Below are positions 10,991 to 22,021 of a stretch of 64,000 nucleotides of DNA, piece after piece. The notes under the pieces were generated by a model. The model saw only the letters and a program-made list of their open reading frames with translations, ran no database searches and was not told the DNA's origin. Numbering within the stretch: the first letter of the stretch is position 1; the number at the start of each line of letters is the position of its first letter. The position numbers and the translations under genes were made by a program. This DNA comes from Escherichia coli (GTDB taxonomy: Bacteria > Pseudomonadota > Gammaproteobacteria > Enterobacterales > Enterobacteriaceae): the NCBI RefSeq assembly GCF_002854065.1, contig NZ_CP024147.1, one strand, 5' to 3'.

Positions 10991-11154
10991 GATCGTCTCC
11001 TTGCGGTGTGAGGTATAACAAGGGTAGACGTGACTGGCGAAATCTTCGCCAGTCGGTAACAGCTTTACGACAGCTATCACGAATTTACGGGCAAGGATTA
11101 CAGAGATAGTTGAAAAAGCGGCTGACAATTTGCCAGCCGTTGTTGGAATGATGA

Positions 11155-12167
11155 TTACATTGCGGCGCGATAAATCGCCACAATTTCTTCGTGAGTTGCC
11201 TGGATCGGGTTAGTAAAGCCACAGGCATCTTTCAGGGCATTAGTCGCCAGAACCGCGAAATCTTCTTCTTTCACGTTCAGGTCGCGTAGGCCTGCCGGGA
11301 TATCCACTTTCTTCGCCAGTTCACGGATGGCGTTAATGCAGGCTTCAGCACCTTCCGCGTCGTTTTTACCTGTCACGTTCACGCCCATTGCAGCGGCACA
11401 GTCACGCAGACGTGCAGCGGCGACTTTGCTGTTGAATACCTGAACATGCGGCAGCAGAACGGCGTTACATACACCGTGTGGCAGGTTGTAGAAACCGCCC
11501 AGCTGGTGCGCCATCGCATGAACATAACCCAGAGAAGCATTATTGAACGCCATACCGGCGAGGAACTGGGCATAAGCCATTGCTTCACGCGCTTTCGCAT
11601 TACTGCCATCTTCAACGGCTAACGGCAGGTTTTCGGCAATCATGGTCACGGCTTTCAGTGCACAAGCGTCAGTGATCGGCGTGGCGGCAATAGAAACATA
11701 CGCTTCGATAGCGTGCGTTAAGGCATCCATACCCGTTGCGGCGGTCAGTGACTTCGGCATACCAATCATCAGAGAGGAGTCATTGACAGAAAGCAGCGGA
11801 GTGACATGTTTATCAACAATCGCCATTTTGATATGACGCGCTTCGTCAGTGATGATGCAGAAACGGGTCATTTCAGAGGCCGTACCCGCCGTGGTATTGA
11901 TGGCGATCATCGGCAGCTGCGGTTTTGCAGAGCGGTCAACGCCTTCGTAATCGCGAATATCGCCGCCATTGGCTGCCACCAGCGCAATACCTTTTGCGCA
12001 GTCGTGCGGAGAACCACCGCCTAAGGAAATCACGCTATCGCAATTATTTTCTTTAAGTAATTTCAAACCTGCAGCGACGTTTTCCGTGGTGGGGTTAGGT
12101 TGGGTGCCATCATAAATAATGCTAAAAATATTGCGTTCTTCCAGTGCTTTTTGCACATCGCCCGCCA
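11155..12167 (-). pseudogene. yiaY: iron-containing alcohol dehydrogenase gene, 5'-truncated by IS1
   Basis: Fe-ADH frame (…[20 protein letters not shown]…) reads uninterrupted into the IS1 terminal repeat at 12168; about 45 N-terminal codons and the native promoter are absent. Confidence 0.8.
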
Positions 12168-12182
12168 GGTAATGACTCCAAC

Positions 12183-12686
12183 TTATTGATAGTGTTTTAT
12201 GTTCAGATAATGCCCGATGACTTTGTCATGCAGCTCCACCGATTTTGAGAACGACAGCGACTTCCGTCCCAGCCGTGCCAGGTGCTGCCTCAGATTCAGG
12301 TTATGCCGCTCAATTCGCTGCGTATATCGCTTGCTGATTACGTGCAGCTTTCCCTTCAGGCGGGATTCATACAGCGGCCAGCCATCCGTCATCCATATCA
12401 CCACGTCAAAGGGTGACAGCAGGCTCATAAGACGCCCCAGCGTCGCCATAGTGCGTTCACCGAATACGTGCGCAACAACCGTCTTCCGGAGACTGTCATA
12501 CGCGTAAAACAGCCAGCGCTGGCGCGATTTAGCCCCGACATAGCCCCACTGTTCGTCCATTTCCGCGCAGACGATGACGTCACTGCCCGGCTGTATGCGC
12601 GAGGTTACCGACTGCGGCCTGAGTTTTTTAAGTGACGTAAAATCGTGTTGAGGCCAACGCCCATAATGCGGGCAGTTGCCCGGCAT
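12183..12686 (-). CDS. insB: IS1 InsB (expressed as InsAB' by -1 frameshift)
   Basis: 167-aa [28 protein letters not shown]..., overlapping insA in the -1 frame. Confidence 0.95.
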
Positions 12687-12880
12687 CCAACGCCATTCAT
12701 GGCCATATCAATGATTTTCTGGTGCGTACCGGGTTGAGAAGCGGTGTAAGTGAACTGCAGTTGCCATGTTTTACGGCAGTGAGAGCAGAGATAGCGCTGA
12801 TGTCCGGCGGTGCTTTTGCCGTTACGCACCACCCCGTCAGTAGCTGAACAGGAGGGACAGCTGATAGAAACAGAAGCCAC
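12605..12880 (-). CDS. insA: IS1 InsA
   Basis: 91 aa, [43 protein letters not shown]... Confidence 0.95.
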
Positions 12881-12963
12881 TGGAGCACCTCAAAAACACC
12901 ATCATACACTAAATCAGTAAGTTGGCAGCATCACCTATTATTGTTTAGCAAAATTAATCTAAT

Positions 12964-13007
12964 AAAAAGCACATTGTATTCATTAAACAATGTGCTTTTT
13001 TTAAAAT
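12964..13007. terminator. perfect hairpin, probable bidirectional rho-independent terminator downstream of selB
   Basis: aaaagcacattgt-attcatta-acaatgtgcttttttt: 13-bp perfect stem with an A-tract on one side and T-tract on the other; sits in the 85-bp spacer between the two IS1 copies. Confidence 0.6.
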
Positions 13008-13035
13008 CATAAGAATTTTGGGTAATGACTCCAAC

Positions 13036-13539
13036 TTATTGATAGTGTTTTATGTTCAGATAATGCCCGATGACTTTGTCATGCAGCTCCACCGATTTTG
13101 AGAACGACAGCGACTTCCGTCCCAGCCGTGCCAGGTGCTGCCTCAGATTCAGGTTATGCCGCTCAATTCGCTGCGTATATCGCTTGCTGATTACGTGCAG
13201 CTTTCCCTTCAGGCGGGATTCATACAGCGGCCAGCCATCCGTCATCCATATCACCACGTCAAAGGGTGACAGCAGGCTCATAAGACGCCCCAGCGTCGCC
13301 ATAGTGCGTTCACCGAATACGTGCGCAACAACCGTCTTCCGGAGCCTGTCATACGCGTAAAACAGCCAGCGCTGGCGCGATTTAGCCCCGACGTATCCCC
13401 ACTGTTCGTCCATTTCCGCGCAGACGATGACGTCACTGCCCGGCTGTATGCGCGAGGTTACCGACTGCGGCCTGAGTTTTTTAAATGGCGGAAAATCGTG
13501 TTGAGGCCAACGCCCATAATGCGGGCGGTTGCCCGGCAT
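13036..13539 (-). CDS. insB: IS1 InsB (variant)
   Basis: 167 aa; [21 protein letters not shown]... vs copy 1 [21 protein letters not shown]...; YDRLRKT vs YDSLRKT. Confidence 0.9.
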   Translation of the reverse strand: MPGNRPHYGRWPQHDFPPFKKLRPQSVTSRIQPGSDVIVCAEMDEQWGYVGAKSRQRWLFYAYDRLRKTVVAHVFGERTMATLGRLMSLLSPFDVVIWMTDGWPLYESRLKGKLHVISKRYTQRIERHNLNLRQHLARLGRKSLSFSKSVELHDKVIGHYLNIKHYQ

Positions 13540-13733
13540 CCAACGCCATTCATGGCCATATCAATGATTTTCTGGTGCGTACCGGGTTGAGAAGCGGTGT
13601 AAGTGAACTGCAGTTGCCATGTTTTACGGCAGTGAGAGCAGAGATAGCGCTGATGTCCGGCAGTGCTTTTGCCGTTACGCACCACCCCATCAGTAGCTGA
13701 ACAGGAGGGACAGCTGATAGAAACAGAAGCCAC
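13458..13733 (-). CDS. insA: IS1 InsA (variant)
   Basis: 91 aa; differs from copy 1 (…NTIFRHLKN… vs …NTILRHLKN…). Confidence 0.9.
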   Translation of the reverse strand: MASVSISCPSCSATDGVVRNGKSTAGHQRYLCSHCRKTWQLQFTYTASQPGTHQKIIDMAMNGVGCRATARIMGVGLNTIFRHLKNSGRSR

Positions 13734-13831
13734 TGGAGCACCTCAAAAACACCATCATACACTAAATCAGTAAGTTGGCAGCATCACCGAATTTTGTATT
13801 AATTTATTTTAAAACTTAATTAATCATTTCC

Positions 13832-15676
13832 TTATTTTTCCGGAAATAATAATGCGTCGCGCAATAAATGATCATTTCCACGACGACGCGTAAAGCCAAT
13901 GCGGTCAAAATATTCCAGGATTTGAATCGCCAGTTTTCGCCCAACCCCTAAGCGATCGCGGAAATCCGCCGCGCAGGTTGAACCACATTCCTGATCGAGA
14001 TCGCGGATCATATTGGCAAACTCGACAATCCGATCGTTACGGTAATAACGATCTTTGACGATCGCGGTAATTATCCCCTGTTGGGCCGCCTGGCGTAGCG
14101 TCAGACGCATTGCCTGCTCGTCGGTTCCCGTCTCTTTTGCCAGGTCACGCACCCACCACGGTTCGTCACCAAACAGCGGCTCTGCTTTTTGCCAGATGGC
14201 CTGCTGCTCTTCGCTGAAGCCCGCTTTGTGATCCGGCAGATGCAGCCAACCGTGATGACTGAGGATGTCGCCGCTTTCGCGCATCTTTTCAATCAGCAAC
14301 AGTACCAGCGCTTCATCTTCCATTGGCAACGCCATACGTCGCAGACGTTCGCGCCCAGGACCAGGTTCATCGCGATGTTGCTCATGATAAGTCGCTAATG
14401 TGTCGAGAATTTTCCGCTGCCAGCGGGCGGCAACTGGCGCATTCAACAAGCTATAACCAGCCTGAATATAGCCCGGCTGTTGCAGTAGTTCGCGCATCCC
14501 TTCGCCGTTGAGCTGGCGTGCCCAGGCGAAATCCGCAAGGTTAACCGCTCCGCGTTCCAGATGAACAGATAACGCATCGGCATCGCTCTGCGCCCGTGCA
14601 AGAGACGCCAGCCATTGCAGATATTCCGGCTTACGTTTACCGCGACGCGGCGGGTTAAGCATCACCACACGTGCCCCCGCCAGCGTATTGCGGGCCGAGA
14701 TATCGCGCAACACTAAGCGATCGTTATCCGCCAGCCACAGCGGCGTGTCGAACACCAGCTCGGCAAGGTTATCTTCCAGCAGCGAAACGCGTCCCGTAAC
14801 GTGGCTGGCGGCGTGGTGAATATGCAGCGGCTGCCACTGGGTCAGCGGCGTATGGGTTTGAAGCTCGACAATCACCCGCGTGAACGGCTCTGGCGGCACA
14901 TCGGCAAGCAGCCAGTCGCCACGGTTAATCTGCTCTTTTTCCGCATCCCCCGCGATGTTAAGCGCGATACGCTGGCCGGCATGAGCGGTTTCTGTTGGCT
15001 GGTTTTGTGCATGCAGCGCACGTACACGCATCGGTTTATTTACACCAGTCAGCCATAGTGAATCGCCTACCGTCACTTCCCCGCTTAACGCCGTACCGGT
15101 GACGACCAGCCCGGCACCTTTTACGGTAAATGCGCGGTCGATCGCGAGGCGGAAACTATGTTGGCTGGCGTGTTCACGTTCTGGTAACTGAAGCAGATGC
15201 TCGCGCAGGGCATCAATTCCCCGACCCTCGGTTGCTGCGGTGATAAACAGTTTTGCCTCAGCAAAACCGTATTCCCGCAGCACCTCCTTTACCTGGCGTT
15301 CAACCTCATTAACACGCGCTTCGTCCACGCGATCGGCTTTGGTCAGCGCCACTGTCAGCATCGGGTTACCGGTCAGCTGCAAAATCGCCAGATGCTCACG
15401 GGTCTGTGCCATCACACCGTCATCGCACGCCACCACCAACAGCGCGTGATCGATACCACCAACGCCCGCCAGCATGTTGGAAAGAAACTTTTCATGACCG
15501 GGTACGTCGATAAAACCAGGCACGCGACCATCCGGCTGCGGCCAGTAGGCATAGCCGAGATCGATGGTCATGCCGCGCTTTTTTTCTTCCGGCAGACGAT
15601 CGGCATTTACGCCAGTAATCGCCTGCAATAAGGTTGTTTTGCCGTGGTCAACGTGTCCGGCAGTCGCAATAATCAT
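13832..15676 (-). CDS. selB: selenocysteine-specific translation elongation factor
   Basis: 614-aa ORF; N-terminal GTPase motifs ([24 protein letters not shown]). Confidence 0.95.
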   Translation of the reverse strand: MIIATAGHVDHGKTTLLQAITGVNADRLPEEKKRGMTIDLGYAYWPQPDGRVPGFIDVPGHEKFLSNMLAGVGGIDHALLVVACDDGVMAQTREHLAILQLTGNPMLTVALTKADRVDEARVNEVERQVKEVLREYGFAEAKLFITAATEGRGIDALREHLLQLPEREHASQHSFRLAIDRAFTVKGAGLVVTGTALSGEVTVGDSLWLTGVNKPMRVRALHAQNQPTETAHAGQRIALNIAGDAEKEQINRGDWLLADVPPEPFTRVIVELQTHTPLTQWQPLHIHHAASHVTGRVSLLEDNLAELVFDTPLWLADNDRLVLRDISARNTLAGARVVMLNPPRRGKRKPEYLQWLASLARAQSDADALSVHLERGAVNLADFAWARQLNGEGMRELLQQPGYIQAGYSLLNAPVAARWQRKILDTLATYHEQHRDEPGPGRERLRRMALPMEDEALVLLLIEKMRESGDILSHHGWLHLPDHKAGFSEEQQAIWQKAEPLFGDEPWWVRDLAKETGTDEQAMRLTLRQAAQQGIITAIVKDRYYRNDRIVEFANMIRDLDQECGSTCAADFRDRLGVGRKLAIQILEYFDRIGFTRRRGNDHLLRDALLFPEK

Positions 15677-17064
15677 TTCAACAACATCTCCAAAAACCGT
15701 TGCTCATCTTCAAGGCAGCGTAAATCCAGCCACAATCGTCCGTCATAAATACGACCAATCACCGGCACTGGCAATTCACGCCAGCGGGCGGCTAATGACT
15801 CAAGGTGGCTACCGCGTCCATCATGGGGTGTAAACGTTAATGCCGCGCTCGGCAGGCGATCAACCGGCAGCGAACCACTGCCAATCTGCGAAAGACATGG
15901 CATAACCTGTACCGCAAACTCCGCGCCGTAATGTGCGGCAAGGGGAGCCTGTAAACGTTGTGCCTGGATTTGAATGACCTCTGCGCTGCGGGTAAGCAGG
16001 CGCAGGGTCGGTAATTTTTCACTCAGAGCTTCAGGGTGTAAATAAAGACGCAACGTGGCTTCCAACGCCGCGAGGGTCATTTTATCCGCGCGTAATGCAC
16101 GCTTCAGCGGGTGGCTTTGCAGGCGGGCGATCATCTCTTTTTTACCAACAATAATTCCTGCCTGCGGCCCGCCTAACAACTTGTCGCCGGAGAAGCTCAC
16201 CAGACTGACGCCCGCCGCAATCAACTCCTGCGGCATTGGCTCTTTCGGCAAACCGTACTGGCTAAGATCGACCAGCGAGCCACTGCCTAAATCAGTCACT
16301 ACGGGAACATCCAGCTCTTTGCCGAGCGCCACCAGTTCAGCTTCGTCTATCGCTTTGGTGAACCCCTGAATGCTGTAGTTACTGGTATGTACTTTCATCA
16401 ACAGTGCGGTATTTTCATTCACCGCCTGACGATAATCATTCGCGTGCGTGCGGTTGGTGGTCCCTACTTCGTGTAGGGTGCAGCCTGCCTGACGCATAAC
16501 ATCGGGAATACGAAACGCGCCGCCAATCTCCACCAGTTCGCCGCGAGATACCACTACCTCTTTCCCGCTGGCAATGGCCGCCAACATCAATAACACCGCC
16601 GCCGCATTGTTATTAACGATACAGGCATCTTCCGCCCCCGTAATACGGCACAGCAACTGCGCCAGCGCACGATCGCGATGTCCGCGTCCGGCGTCGTCCA
16701 GATCGTACTCGAGGGTCACTGGCGAACGCATAGCCTGCGCAACGGCTTCCACCGCGGCTTCCGCCTGTAAAGCTCGCCCAAGGTTGGTATGCAGCACGGT
16801 TCCCGTCAGGTTGATCACCGGACGCAGCGCACTCTGCGCCTCTTTCGTCAACCGGGCATCGACTTCTTGCGCCCAGTTTTCACACCACGCAGGCAGCGTC
16901 TGGCTGCCACGAATCACTTCTCGCGCTTCGTCGAGCATCTGACGCAACAATTCCACCACGCGGGTGTGACCATAAGTATCACGCAAAGAAAGGAAGGAGC
17001 TATCGCGCAATAAGCGATCAATAGCCGGAAGTTGACTATAGAGGGAACGCGTTTCGGTTGTCAT
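15673..17064 (-). CDS. selA: L-seryl-tRNA(Sec) selenium transferase
   Basis: 463-aa ORF; PLP-enzyme signature ([13 protein letters not shown]); 4-bp overlap with selB start. Confidence 0.95.
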   Translation of the reverse strand: MTTETRSLYSQLPAIDRLLRDSSFLSLRDTYGHTRVVELLRQMLDEAREVIRGSQTLPAWCENWAQEVDARLTKEAQSALRPVINLTGTVLHTNLGRALQAEAAVEAVAQAMRSPVTLEYDLDDAGRGHRDRALAQLLCRITGAEDACIVNNNAAAVLLMLAAIASGKEVVVSRGELVEIGGAFRIPDVMRQAGCTLHEVGTTNRTHANDYRQAVNENTALLMKVHTSNYSIQGFTKAIDEAELVALGKELDVPVVTDLGSGSLVDLSQYGLPKEPMPQELIAAGVSLVSFSGDKLLGGPQAGIIVGKKEMIARLQSHPLKRALRADKMTLAALEATLRLYLHPEALSEKLPTLRLLTRSAEVIQIQAQRLQAPLAAHYGAEFAVQVMPCLSQIGSGSLPVDRLPSAALTFTPHDGRGSHLESLAARWRELPVPVIGRIYDGRLWLDLRCLEDEQRFLEMLLK

Positions 17065-17161
17065 AGGAAACCTGGCTGATCAAGGCCCTCTCACACGGAG
17101 AAGAGCGTTTAACATAACCACGGATTGTAACGTGAGATGGGTCAGGAGGACATATCGCGCA

Positions 17162-17770
17162 TCAAGCCTTTGGCGGTTCGGTGCGAGCAAAACTTTCGCG
17201 GCTAAACAGGTTTTCGACCAGTTTGACTAAGTGTGGGCGGTCGACACACCAACCTGGCGCAACGCGGCGGAAATTGAGATATCCGACGGCACAGGCAATA
17301 GCGATAGTCGCCAGATTGACCGTATCGGTTTTGAGTGTGCCATCGACCAGATATCCTTCCAGCACATCCAGACTGCGGTTGATTTTCTCCCGCTGGCGTA
17401 ACAATTCATCTTCAGACTGCTGCGCCGCTGGACGCGCCTGTTCACGCACCGATACCAGCCCGGCATCCATAATGCCATCCGCCAGTGCCTCAATTTTGCG
17501 CACCCGCAACGACTCCAGCGGATCGCGCGGCAACATCGCCGGAGCGACATTCATTAATTCAATATATTCAGCGATGATCGGCGAATCAAACCAGCATTCG
17601 CCCTCTTCGGTCACCAGCACCGGCACTTTTCCTAACGGGTTAAATTGCGCCACGCCGTTGTCCGCGTTATAGGGCAGTTCATTAATAAATTCGAAAGTTA
17701 TGCCCTTTTCTAACAACAGAATAGAAAGTTTGCGTACAAACGGGCTGGTGTAGCTACCGACGAGTTTCAT
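17162..17770 (-). CDS. yibF: glutathione S-transferase-like protein
   Basis: 202-aa [31 protein letters not shown]..., GST N-terminal thioredoxin-like fold. Confidence 0.9.
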
Positions 17771-17840
17771 GCCGAGTCCTTTGTGCGAGGAAAAATATCA
17801 GTATGGCTCAGGCTCACGCAAAACACAGGTGATATAAGTC

Positions 17841-18977
17841 TCAATGATCCAAATAAAGATAATGCATCCAGCTGGTCATTCTTAGCAGCACTTTTCGCAT
17901 CACCGAAACATGGCTGAAATGGTCGGAGTAAACTGCCACCTGGGCGTAAATGCCGTCGGGTAAGGCATCGATATCATCGTTAGGGTCCAGTTCAATGGTT
18001 CCCAGCACACCGTCCGTGCCGGGCACGACCGTTAATGATTGCAATACCCCCTGCGCCTGATAAGAACCGCCTGGCACGACAGGTAAAATACTGGTCAGTT
18101 TGCCGTGGAACACCTGCCCAGGTAGCGCGTTAAACACCACTTCCGCATCATCGCCAGGTTTCAGACGTAACAGCGAGTTTTGCCGAAATTGGGCGACAAT
18201 TTGCCGTTTTTGCTCGGGGATGAAAACCATCACCGGACGCAACGGCAAGGCAGCTGCGTATGTGCCTGGGCGGATCAGTACCTGAGTGACGTAGCCATTG
18301 CTTGGTGCGCGAATGACGGTCTGTTCAAGGTTATATTTTGCTTCTGTAAGTTGCGCTCTTAAGCTCACAATCTGCGATTGCTCGCCGTTGACCATACTGT
18401 CGAGCTGACTCTGGATCTGCGCCTGCTCCGCCACCGAGCCTTTCACTAACGCATCCTGCGCGAGGAAATTTTGCCGCGCATCGTCGATGTCACGTTCCGA
18501 GAACGGATTCACCGCCGCCTGGCTGCCTTTCAGATAACGTTGATAATTTTTAAACAGACGGTCGCGCTCCGCTGAAACCTGGGTGGTGTTGGCCTGCGCT
18601 TCAGTGAGCTGCGCGCGCAGCGTCTTTATATTATGCGTCGCCGTCATCAGGTCAGCCTGAAGTCTGTCAACTCGCGCCTGGTAACGAACCGGGTCGAGCT
18701 TAAAAAGCACCTCGCCCTTTTGAATAAGCTGATTATTCTTGTCAGTGACTTCAGTAACAATTCCCGTCACCTGTGGCGTGATGGGGATCGCTATCACTGC
18801 CTTTTGCGCGGTAAAAGTGTAAGGGTGGTTGTAGTTCATCAACAAAATCAAACCACTCACCAGAAACACGCCTCCCAGCGCCGCCGTCGCCAGCGTCCAC
18901 TGATTCACCGGAATGCGGAAGATTTTAAAGACCGCCCACGCCAACGCCACGTAAGTTAAAACAATCAATAGATCCAT
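17841..18977 (-). CDS. yibH: HlyD-family membrane fusion / periplasmic adaptor protein (paralog of yiaV)
   Basis: 378-aa ORF colinear with yiaV ([27 protein letters not shown]..., shared C-terminus ...[19 protein letters not shown]). Confidence 0.85.
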   Translation of the reverse strand: MDLLIVLTYVALAWAVFKIFRIPVNQWTLATAALGGVFLVSGLILLMNYNHPYTFTAQKAVIAIPITPQVTGIVTEVTDKNNQLIQKGEVLFKLDPVRYQARVDRLQADLMTATHNIKTLRAQLTEAQANTTQVSAERDRLFKNYQRYLKGSQAAVNPFSERDIDDARQNFLAQDALVKGSVAEQAQIQSQLDSMVNGEQSQIVSLRAQLTEAKYNLEQTVIRAPSNGYVTQVLIRPGTYAAALPLRPVMVFIPEQKRQIVAQFRQNSLLRLKPGDDAEVVFNALPGQVFHGKLTSILPVVPGGSYQAQGVLQSLTVVPGTDGVLGTIELDPNDDIDALPDGIYAQVAVYSDHFSHVSVMRKVLLRMTSWMHYLYLDH

Positions 18978-18979
18978 AA

Positions 18980-19342
18980 TTAGATCTCCGGGAACGTGGA
19001 ATAGTCAGTCTTTTTCTCGGCGGCGAGTTGGTGCTCCAGCCGGGAAATTCGGTCAGAAAGTGCGGCGATTTCCGGGTCAGTCGCTTTCTCCTGCGACGCA
19101 ACATGTGACTGCATACCCCAGCCACGCTCCGGTTGATAGAGCGTCGCCCAGATCCACAGAAACGGCCAGATAACATGCAGAGTAAACAGGCTCACCCAGC
19201 CCGCCGTATGAATAGCGTCGGCATGGGGATGGTTGCGCTTTTTGGCAATCAGATAAGGGATGTCATGTATCGCGATGATTCCATAAAAAATCACCAGAAA
19301 GACGAAGATCAGCACTCCCAACGCGAAATAGTTTAGAAACAT
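18980..19342 (-). CDS. yibI: small inner-membrane protein DUF3302 (paralog of yiaW)
   Basis: 120-aa [26 protein letters not shown]...; 2 bp upstream of yibH. Confidence 0.85.
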   Translation of the reverse strand: MFLNYFALGVLIFVFLVIFYGIIAIHDIPYLIAKKRNHPHADAIHTAGWVSLFTLHVIWPFLWIWATLYQPERGWGMQSHVASQEKATDPEIAALSDRISRLEHQLAAEKKTDYSTFPEI

Positions 19343-19558
19343 ATTTGCCTCGGATTCACGTTTATCAGTGTTGTTTTTTGGCTGGCAGCCAGAAGGGAGT
19401 CAGGCTGATATTTTGACAATAATCCGGGTTCGCGATTCTCGCCATAACACCAAAGAATAATTTTTAGAGGTGATGAGTTGCTTAGTTACATAACGATTGT
19501 ATGACGAAGGCATAACATGCTGTAGATCACATCAGGTGAACGCCGTAAGAAAATATCT

Positions 19559-19735
19559 TGTGATTCAGATCACAAAGATTCAACAAACCATCAAAACAAA
19601 AATGTGACATTAGTCACATTTAAATGCCATTTTTAGCGAAAATCGCCGCCTTGTTGCTTTTTTACACAAGCGTTTTGTGATGAACATCACGTCAATTACC
19701 TCTCTACCCCCTATATTTATGTGATTGATATCACA
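19559..19735. promoter_or_regulatory. mtlA promoter region with an array of CRP-type palindromes
   Basis: TGTGATTCAGATCACA (19559-19574), TGTGACATTAGTCACA (19603-19618), TGTGATGAACATCACG (19676-19691), TGTGATTGATATCACA (19720-19735), all TGTGA-N6-TCACA. Confidence 0.65.
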
Positions 19736-19878
19736 CAAAAGGCCGTCGACTGGACAGTTAACCGATTCAGTGCCAGATTTCGCAGTATCTACAAGGTCCG
19801 GCTACCTCTGCCGCCACATTAACAAAAAACCTCGGGCTTCCAGCCTGCGCGACAGCAAACATAAGAAGGGGTGTTTTT

Positions 19879-21792
19879 ATGTCATCCGATATTAAGATCA
19901 AAGTGCAAAGCTTTGGTCGTTTCCTCAGCAACATGGTGATGCCAAATATCGGCGCGTTTATCGCGTGGGGTATCATCACCGCGTTATTTATTCCAACAGG
20001 GTGGTTACCGAACGAGACGCTGGCGAAGCTGGTCGGGCCGATGATCACTTATCTCCTGCCGCTGCTGATCGGTTATACCGGTGGTAAGCTGGTAGGCGGC
20101 GAACGTGGCGGCGTAGTCGGTGCCATCACCACCATGGGCGTTATCGTCGGCGCAGACATGCCGATGTTCCTCGGTTCTATGATTGCAGGTCCGCTGGGCG
20201 GCTGGTGCATTAAGCACTTCGACCGCTGGGTAGACGGTAAGATCAAATCCGGTTTTGAGATGCTGGTGAATAACTTCTCCGCAGGCATCATCGGGATGAT
20301 CCTCGCCATTCTGGCATTTCTCGGCATTGGCCCGATTGTTGAAGCCCTGTCCAAAATGCTGGCTGCGGGCGTTAACTTCATGGTTGTCCATGACATGCTG
20401 CCGCTGGCGTCTATCTTTGTTGAACCGGCGAAAATCCTGTTCCTCAACAACGCCATTAACCACGGTATCTTCTCGCCGCTGGGTATTCAGCAGTCCCATG
20501 AACTGGGTAAATCCATATTCTTCCTGATTGAAGCTAACCCAGGTCCGGGTATGGGCGTGCTGCTGGCGTACATGTTCTTTGGTCGTGGTAGCGCTAAACA
20601 GTCTGCGGGCGGTGCGGCAATTATCCACTTCCTGGGTGGTATCCACGAAATTTACTTCCCGTATGTGTTGATGAATCCGCGTCTGATCCTGGCCGTTATC
20701 CTCGGCGGTATGACTGGCGTGTTCACGCTGACTATCCTGGGCGGTGGTCTGGTTTCTCCGGCATCTCCGGGTTCTATCCTTGCTGTACTGGCGATGACAC
20801 CAAAAGGTGCTTATTTCGCTAACATCGCGGGTGTGTGTGCGGCGATGGCTGTCTCCTTTGTTGTCTCTGCTATTTTGCTGAAAACCAGCAAAGTGAAAGA
20901 AGAAGATGATATTGAAGCAGCAACTCGTCGTATGCAGGACATGAAAGCTGAGTCTAAAGGTGCATCTCCGCTGTCTGCGGGCGATGTGACTAACGACCTG
21001 AGCCACGTACGTAAAATCATCGTTGCCTGTGACGCCGGTATGGGTTCAAGTGCGATGGGCGCAGGCGTGCTGCGTAAGAAAATTCAGGATGCAGGTCTGT
21101 CGCAGATTTCGGTCACTAACAGTGCGATCAACAACCTGCCGCCAGATGTGGACCTCGTCATCACTCACCGTGACCTGACCGAACGCGCTATGCGCCAGGT
21201 TCCGCAGGCACAGCATATTTCGCTGACCAACTTCCTCGACAGCGGCCTGTACACCAGCCTGACCGAACGTCTGGTTGCTGCCCAGCGCCATACTGAAAAC
21301 GAAGTGAAAGTGAAAGACAGTCTGAAAGACAGCTTTGACGATTCCAGTGCTAACCTGTTCAAACTGGGCGCGGAGAACATCTTCCTCGGTCGCAAAGCGG
21401 CCACCAAAGAAGAAGCGATTCGTTTTGCTGGCGAGCAGCTGGTGAAAGGCGGTTACGTTGAGCCGGAATACGTTCAGGCGATGCTGGATCGTGAAAAACT
21501 GACCCCGACTTATCTGGGTGAGTCTATCGCGGTGCCACACGGTACGGTTGAAGCGAAAGATCGCGTACTGAAAACGGGCGTGGTGTTCTGCCAGTACCCG
21601 GAAGGCGTGCGCTTCGGTGAAGAAGAAGATGACATTGCCCGTCTGGTGATTGGTATTGCTGCCCGTAACAACGAGCACATTCAGGTTATCACCAGCCTGA
21701 CCAATGCACTGGATGATGAGTCCGTCATCGAGCGTCTGGCACACACCACCAGCGTGGATGAAGTGCTGGAACTGCTGGCAGGTCATAAGTAA
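19879..21792 (+). CDS. mtlA: PTS mannitol-specific EIICBA component
   Basis: 637-aa [34 protein letters not shown]..., membrane EIIC followed by EIIB and EIIA domains. Confidence 0.95.
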   Translation: MSSDIKIKVQSFGRFLSNMVMPNIGAFIAWGIITALFIPTGWLPNETLAKLVGPMITYLLPLLIGYTGGKLVGGERGGVVGAITTMGVIVGADMPMFLGSMIAGPLGGWCIKHFDRWVDGKIKSGFEMLVNNFSAGIIGMILAILAFLGIGPIVEALSKMLAAGVNFMVVHDMLPLASIFVEPAKILFLNNAINHGIFSPLGIQQSHELGKSIFFLIEANPGPGMGVLLAYMFFGRGSAKQSAGGAAIIHFLGGIHEIYFPYVLMNPRLILAVILGGMTGVFTLTILGGGLVSPASPGSILAVLAMTPKGAYFANIAGVCAAMAVSFVVSAILLKTSKVKEEDDIEAATRRMQDMKAESKGASPLSAGDVTNDLSHVRKIIVACDAGMGSSAMGAGVLRKKIQDAGLSQISVTNSAINNLPPDVDLVITHRDLTERAMRQVPQAQHISLTNFLDSGLYTSLTERLVAAQRHTENEVKVKDSLKDSFDDSSANLFKLGAENIFLGRKAATKEEAIRFAGEQLVKGGYVEPEYVQAMLDREKLTPTYLGESIAVPHGTVEAKDRVLKTGVVFCQYPEGVRFGEEEDDIARLVIGIAARNNEHIQVITSLTNALDDESVIERLAHTTSVDEVLELLAGHK

Positions 21793-21796
21793 TCCA

Positions 21797-21995
<199 letters not shown>

Positions 21996-22021
21996 TAAAA
22001 ACATTGATGAAGGTTAATACT

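Larger units (their letters stand above)
12168..12935 (-). mobile_element. IS1 insertion sequence, copy 1 (768 bp)
   Basis: Terminal inverted repeats GGTAATGACTCCAACTTATTGAT ... ATCAGTAAGTTGGCAGCATCACC; encodes InsA and InsB; A6C frameshift motif present as gagttttttaa on this strand. Confidence 0.95.
13021..13788 (-). mobile_element. IS1 insertion sequence, copy 2 (768 bp)
   Basis: Same terminal repeats as copy 1; flanked by 8-bp direct repeat GAATTTTG (13013-13020 and 13789-13796); differs from copy 1 at several positions. Confidence 0.95.

Noticed and set aside
20005-21006. 333-aa minus-strand ORF antisense to mtlA
   Set aside because: Fully inside the well-supported mtlA frame; arginine/threonine-rich composition typical of antisense frames in GC-rich genes.
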